DNA of 43,773 bases from Octopus bimaculoides. Its lineage: Eukaryota. The stretch spans positions 37,275,561 through 37,319,333 of the forward strand of contig NC_068993.1 in assembly GCF_001194135.2 (NCBI RefSeq). Direction: 5' to 3'. Each line of letters opens with the position of its first letter. The stretch's first letter is position 1. Below the pieces are notes generated by a model, which was given only the letters and a program-made list of their open reading frames with translations, did no database searches and had not been told where the DNA came from. The position numbers were made by a program, and so were the translations under genes. This document shows, in pieces, positions 37,340 to 43,773 of the stretch.

Positions 37340-37803
37340 TCTCTATATATAAATATGAGAATGCGTGTGTGTGTGTGTGTGTGTGTGTCTGTCTGTCTGT
37401 GTGAATCGCTAAAACTTCAGAACTACACAACCAATTTCATTCAAATTTTACACATGCCTTACTTCGAGTCCATGTAGTGTCATAGGCCAAAACATTTTTT
37501 AACTTCTTGCCTAGTGCGAGCCCAGAGCAATATCATATCTCCTCCACTATTTCAGTATTACGCATCAAAAGTGAAACAATAACAACTCTCCATTTTTCGC
37601 TTTATTTTCACTTTAATAGTTTCACTTTAAAACTGAAACTATTAAAGTGAAACTATTATCTCACATATATACAGGCATACATACATATATACATACATAC
37701 ATATATACATACATACATATATAATATATATATATTATTTATATATATAAAGATGAGAATGTGTGTCTGTCTGTCTATATTATCTATATATATAAAGATA
37801 AGA

Positions 37804-37842
<39 letters not shown>

Positions 37843-38145
37843 AGAACTACACAACCAATTTCATTCAAATTTTACACATGCCTTACTTAGGGTCCATGTA
37901 ATGTCATAGGCTAAAGAAAAATTTTAACTTCTTGCCTAGTGCGAGCCCAGAGCAATACCATATCTCCTCCACTATTTCAGTATTACGTGTCAAAAATGAG
38001 ACAATAACATCTCTCTATTGTAATGTCAGATATTTTCAGCTTTAATAGTTTCACTTTAATACTGAAACTATTAAAGTGAAACTATTATCTCACATATATA
38101 CAGGTATACATACATATATACATACATACATACATATATAATATA

Positions 38146-38160
<15 letters not shown>
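37340..38160 (+). mobile_element. Tandemly duplicated non-autonomous Helitron/DINE-1-like element
   Basis: A|TC(TA)nAA(A/G)..GAGAATG(TG)n starts at 37340 and 37783, with a short aborted start near 37738. Blocks 37417-37675 and 37841-38105 are homologous. A 16-bp perfect inverted repeat is present. No 3' hairpin-CTRR terminus was found, so the class is tentative. Confidence 0.6.
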
Positions 38161-38176
<16 letters not shown>

Positions 38177-38409
38177 CATCTGCACAAATGTATATATATG
38201 TATATATATATATATATACATGTATATATATACATGTATATATATAGATGTATATGTATACATGTATATGCATAGATGTATATATATAGATATAGATGTA
38301 TATGTATGCATGTATATGTGTAGATGTATATATACACATGTACATGTAATATATACACCCATACACACATACACACATACACACAGACACACACACATAT
38401 ACATAGGTA

Positions 38410-38715
38410 CAGGTGTGGCTGTGTGGTAAGAAACTTGGTTCCAAAACACATGGTCCTGGGCTCAGTCCCACTGTGTGGTGACTTGACATGTGTCTTCTTC
38501 AAATCCTTGTGAGTGGATTTCGTAGACAGAAAATGAAAGAACTCAATCGTATATATGTATGTATATATGTAAGTGTATGTGTGTGTCTTTGTCTCTGTGT
38601 TTCTCGCTCATCACTGCTTCACAACTGCTGTTCGTTTATTTACATCCCCATAACTTACTGGTTTGACAAGAAGAAACTGATAGAATAAGTGTTAGGCTTA
38701 TCAAAATAAAGAAAA
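38410..38715 (+). mobile_element. SINE family A, diverged near-full copy
   Basis: GGTGTGGCTGTGTGGTAAG head through GATAGAATAAGTGTTAGGCTT. Confidence 0.88.
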
Positions 38716-38769
38716 AGCACTAGGCAGTGTCTCATATTTTTGTTTGCCCACTCAATTGCCCACTCATAT

Positions 38770-38915
38770 TTGGAGTAAACATAGCAGCGTTTTGCAAAGA
38801 CGTAGTTTTGGATTCAATTTTATCCCCGAGAACCTTCAGCAAGTGTCTTCTACCATGGCTTCAAGTCAACCAAAACCTTGTGAGTAAAATTCGGTGGAGG
38901 GAAACTGTGCGGAAT
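38770..38915 (+). mobile_element. Highly diverged SINE family A 5' fragment
   Basis: CCTTCAGCAAGTGTCTTCTACCATGG..AAAACCTTGTGAGT..GGAAACTG. Confidence 0.6.
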
Positions 38916-40584
38916 CCAGTCGGAGAGATTTGTTGTTTAGTCTCAAGTAAACCTCGGTCAAGCCGATATACGATCAAAGATACTGTAGTCATGACCATCA
39001 CGACTAGATTACTTAAAATGCCATTTTCTTATTTAAGAAGTTAGGGAAGATTTGGTTATCTCTAGCAGTCTGAACGACGACTTAGATGATTTGTATATAA
39101 ATGCAAAACCACTTTGGAATTTGCCGCAGTTGTAAGGGATTCTTTAATAACCTATTTGAAGAATTCTTATTCAAGATGACTTTAGTTTTCAAACACTTTT
39201 CCGAAGGTTCCATTATGCCGAAATCTCACCTGTCAATGCTGAATAGTAAAACCAGGAAGTCCTATACATTTTTTGAGTGACAGCCTTACCTTAGAACATT
39301 TAATAGATGGAATGGTCGTTGGCTAAAATATTTTACTTTTGAAATATCGGATCGCTGCTTTCGTAGTTGCTTGGTTTTGAAATAATGTCTCATTAAATTA
39401 ATATTCGTACTTGAAACAGCCTTAAAATACCGGTGTGTGCACACATTCATAATGTGTATACAAATGTGGAACGACACTAGCTATAATATTTTTGTTGTAG
39501 GAAACTTCTCTCGAGAGACTGTGGTATTAAAAAAAACACCCAAAAAACGAGTTCGCTCAGAATATCGGTGGATCACCAAACATGTTGTTTTGACTTGATT
39601 TGGTCTCTTCAGTGATGCATATATCGCATGTTCTGAGTTGGGCGGAAAATGTTCCTATATAAAAATCAGTAATCAAAACATTACTAGTTTGTGCGAAAGC
39701 TAACCGGGCTAGAATTAAATTTATATATGCATTTGAAACAACCTCAGATTAAAATTCACAACTTTGTGCATATCAAAAACGAGGCACTGTAAAGAGCGAC
39801 ACGTAACCAAAGACGGAGCTTAGTAGTGGATTCTACACTCCATTCCAGTATTCTGTCTAATACGACGCGGGGCATCAGCTTCAGGATAGGCTAGTGTGCG
39901 GAATGCAAGCCAAACAATAGAAAAAAATTATTAAGTAGAAAATAGCTCTGGTATTCAATGCTTTATAGGACATAGAAGCGTTCCATCAAAACGCTGTAAT
40001 AATCACACATCAGATGTAAAAACGTTATGCATTCTTTCTCTTTACCTAATCAGTGTTGCGCAATGAATATTGGTGAAATATTGAAACGCGTGTTTGTCCT
40101 CGGAAACATTAACGCATTGAATGCCATTGCTGTTTTCTGCTAAAATAATTTTTATTTCAACTATGTGTATATATTTATGATATGTATACACACCGGTATT
40201 TAAATTCGGGTGTTCGTCCACGTTTGTATATAAATTGCCAAATCCGGCCAAAATATTCTACTTGGTTTAGGTTCAAATTGGTCAGATGTGACCACTCACA
40301 CCAACCCTACAATATCATTCAAAAAATTAATCGTTACCGCATCCAAATCTCAAGGCTACAAGATAATGATTGATTAATTCAAGACAATGTGAATAAATAT
40401 GCATTACTTTTGATAGAATAATGTGAATGCTAAAGAATTAAACAGCACATCTTCGTCGTGAATGACGGAGGATAATAACGCAATATGGCGAGTGTGTTTG
40501 CATTTTGTATATTTATGAGATGAAATTTCATTAAGAAACCAGTTATCTGTTACAATTGTGGGATATTATAATAACTGTGCATTA

Positions 40585-40803
40585 AGGCAGCGAGCTGGCA
40601 GAATCGTTAGCACGCCGGGCGAAATGCTTACCGGTATTTCGTCTACCGTTACGTTCTGAGTTCAAATTCCGCCAAGGTCGACTTTGCCTTTCATCCTTTC
40701 GGGGTTGATTAAATAAGTACCAGTTACATACTGGGGTCGAAGTTATCGAATTACCTCCTCCCCGCAAATTTCAGGCCTTGTGCCTATAATAGAAAGGATT
40801 ATT
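40585..40803 (+). mobile_element. tRNA-derived SINE, family C, with a 14-bp TSD
   Basis: GCTGGCAGAATCG A-box-like and GAGTTCAAATTCC B-box-like, then the GACTTTGCCTTTCATCCTTTCGGGG core and a short ATT tail. ATAACTGTGCATTA occurs at 40571-40584 and 40804-40817. Confidence 0.93.
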
Positions 40804-40823
40804 ATAACTGTGCATTATCTTCT

Positions 40824-40938
40824 TTGGTTGGCCTGGATCTAAAGTAGCAGACACTTGCCCAAGGTGCCATGCAATGGGACTGAAGCTAGAACCGTGTGGC
40901 TGGGAAACAAACTTCTTACCCTACAGCTACGCACGCGT
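40824..40938 (-). mobile_element. SINE family A head fragment
   Basis: GACACTTGCCCAAGGTGCCATGCAATGGGACTGAA..CTTCTTACC. Confidence 0.82.
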
Positions 40939-40954
40939 CTGATGTATAAAATGA

Positions 40955-40985
<31 letters not shown>

Positions 40986-41200
40986 GATACATATTGATAA
41001 CGACAAGGAAAGTATAAAATCAATATTACTAACGATCAATTATCGTTATCGATATCAAAACCATCATCATTGCTTCTACATCTCGTCACATGCCACACAC
41101 TACCAATCACCCCATAGTGACTCCCTGACCACAGCCATAACTACCAACACCACTATCGCGTTAGTATGTTGCAATTATTCGGAAATTCAAATGATGTTTG

Positions 41201-41235
<35 letters not shown>

Positions 41236-41335
41236 ATCTGTCTGTGTGTATATATANNNNNNNNNNTATATATATATATATATATATATGTCCATCTGTC
41301 TGTGTGTGTATATATATATATATGACTGTATTTAC

Positions 41336-41370
<35 letters not shown>

Positions 41371-42139
41371 TGTATGTTCACACACACACACACACACACA
41401 CATATCTATCTATCTTTCTACATGAAAGAAACTTGAAAGAAATATAAAGAATGTGAAGGCGAATGTGTGTGTATGTGTATGTGCGTAAATGTGTGTCTGT
41501 ATGTGTGTATGTTTGTGTATGTCTGTGTATAAAAGTATATATGCTTATGTGTATTAAACATATATATGTACATGTGTGTATGCCTTAAATATATGTAATT
41601 TCTAATTTTAAAACAAAAATCTTTTGTTTTTTTCCCCCCATTTTTTTTAATGTCACTTTTTCCTATTTTAAAAACAAAATCTTCCAGAATATACTTTTCT
41701 GGTTTTGAAGAGAATTGAAGAAATCAAAGAGACAATTATGAAGTCAAACTGTTCTTATTTACTGCTGTTTATTTATTCATTTTGTAGCATTTAAAAAAAA
41801 GTTATCTTTTGAATAATATTTCATTCTCACCCCCACCACCGTCTAAACCTCCCGAGTTCACTTCTGCTCTCTGTCTCTCTCTCCCTCTCCCTCTCCCTCT
41901 CTGTGTTTCTATTCCTCTCCCTGTCTCTTTTTCTCTAACTGACTCTTTTTCACCTCCTCCTTCAGTTTATGTTACTTTCTGTGACTCTTCCTCCTCCCCA
42001 CTTCCATTTACATTTTACTTTTTCAAGAGTTATCTATTATAATGCAACGGGATTTTGTTTCGTTTCGTTCGTTTTTGTTTTTGCTTTTGCATTTTAAATG
42101 AACAACAGTAATTTGTTTGATGGCAGATAATTGTTGTTC

Positions 42140-42326
42140 GAATCAAAACAACAACAACAACAACAACAACAGCAACAAAGAAATAATAATAATAATAAGA
42201 AGAAGAACAGATTTAAGAATAATAATAGTAAGACGAAAGTTACACACATACGAAAAAGAGCTAGGTGGACATATCACTACTGTAGTGATGGTCATGGCAA
42301 GTCATGTTGATGATGATGATGATAAC

Positions 42327-42380
<54 letters not shown>

Positions 42381-42400
42381 AACGATGATGATGATGATGG

Positions 42401-42431
<31 letters not shown>

Positions 42432-42770
42432 AACGGCGAGACGACGATGATGATGATGATGATGACACTTCCCCCGCCGCCGCCGATGTTAATGGTAATG
42501 ATGATGATGGTTAGGGTGATGATGATGATGACAATAATGCGGACAATGACGACAATCATGACGACCACCACCACAACGATGACGACGACGACGACGACGA
42601 TGATGATGATGATGCCGATGACGTTACTATTGCTTTTCTTGTTGTTGCGGTTGCTATTTTAGTTGTTCGTGTTATTAGTATTGTTGTTATTACAACGACA
42701 ACGCCGACGACAATGATGGCGTCCATGATCAAAATCATGGTGATGATGATGATGATGATGATTGGTCGTT
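42140..42770. repeat. Compound trinucleotide array (AAC, AAT, GAT, GAC, GTT)
   Basis: Directly visible. Confidence 0.95.
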
Positions 42771-42937
42771 TAAAAAGTAATAACAAAGATTTTTAACAAT
42801 TCTGACAAAAAAGAAAAAAAACTAAAAAATTAAAAAATTATAAATAAAAATTCATGCTATTCGTTGTTGCTGCTTTTGACTTTCTTTTGTGCAGATAGTA
42901 CAAACGATAACACTAATAATAGTGTATAAACACACTC

Positions 42938-42989
<52 letters not shown>

Positions 42990-43671
42990 ATAAAATACAT
43001 AACATATATATATATATGTAATATATGTATGTATGTCTGAATGTGTATGTGTGAGTGTGTGTGTAAAAAATACAAACTTTGTCTTGTTTTGTCTTCTAAT
43101 AAAAAAAAACATTTCCCCATATATAATAGTAATTTTATATGCATAAACCATATTTAAAATGTCAGATATGTGGTGAACGTGAAACAAACAAACGTACATA
43201 ATTTAACAAACAACAAAATGGTTCATTATTCTAAAATTAAATGAAATGGAATAAATATAATATAAACGGCTGTAAGTTTAAATATGAACAGATGAACAAG
43301 AGAGATATATAAATACTGATAAAATGATATACACAACTTATTATGTAAAATAGGCAAAGAAAGTTCATGCCAGTAACTCCCGTGTTAGCATTCATTCGTA
43401 TATCAGACTCAATGAGAAGTGCTTGTACGTTCGTACATATACATACGAACATAATATATATATATATCTTTATCTCTTTCTATATCAATGTGTGTGTATA
43501 TATATATATATTATATATATTTATAAGTTGTACATAACACATGTGACAGATAAATGTTGTATATTTAATACAAGCATATAAGTATGTGTGTTTGGGTGTG
43601 ATTATAAGTGATCTTAAGTGATCGAGATGAGTTTCGAGCAATCTCCTCCATGATTATATGCCTATACATAA

Positions 43672-43717
<46 letters not shown>

Positions 43718-43773
43718 GGGCGAATATCTAAATTCATATAGCTTCACGAATACAGACATGGCCGAATAGTTAA

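Noticed and set aside
43625-43660. Minus-strand GAG(ATTG)CTC-GAAAC resembling the hammerhead stem II
   Set aside because: The CUGANGA core, GUH triplet and stem I are all absent. At best it is a heavily decayed copy.

Overview
Repeat-saturated eukaryotic DNA with about 14 N-gaps, most of them abutting microsatellites. The tRNA-derived SINE families and the microsatellite load resemble, from memory, an octopod cephalopod genome (Octopus-like); this is an inference, not a database result. I could not confidently identify any host protein-coding exon, so the window reads as intronic or intergenic. Most ORF-track entries are microsatellite or N-gap artefacts. Supported content: (1) a full-length Tc1 (DD34E) DNA transposon with 42-bp TIRs and a 326-codon open frame; (2) a 124-bp mariner-type MITE; (3) decayed R4/Dong-like, CR1-like and Penelope-like (PLE) retroelement fragments; (4) about ten SINE copies from three families; (5) a tandem Helitron/DINE-like duplication. 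The observations most worth following up are a 512-bp direct-repeat-bounded insert with a 12-bp TSD that splits a GIY-YIG motif, two minimal hammerhead-ribozyme-like motifs, a 94-nt pri-miRNA-like hairpin, and a conserved cryptic motif hidden in distant compound microsatellites. All alignments and folds were done by eye.
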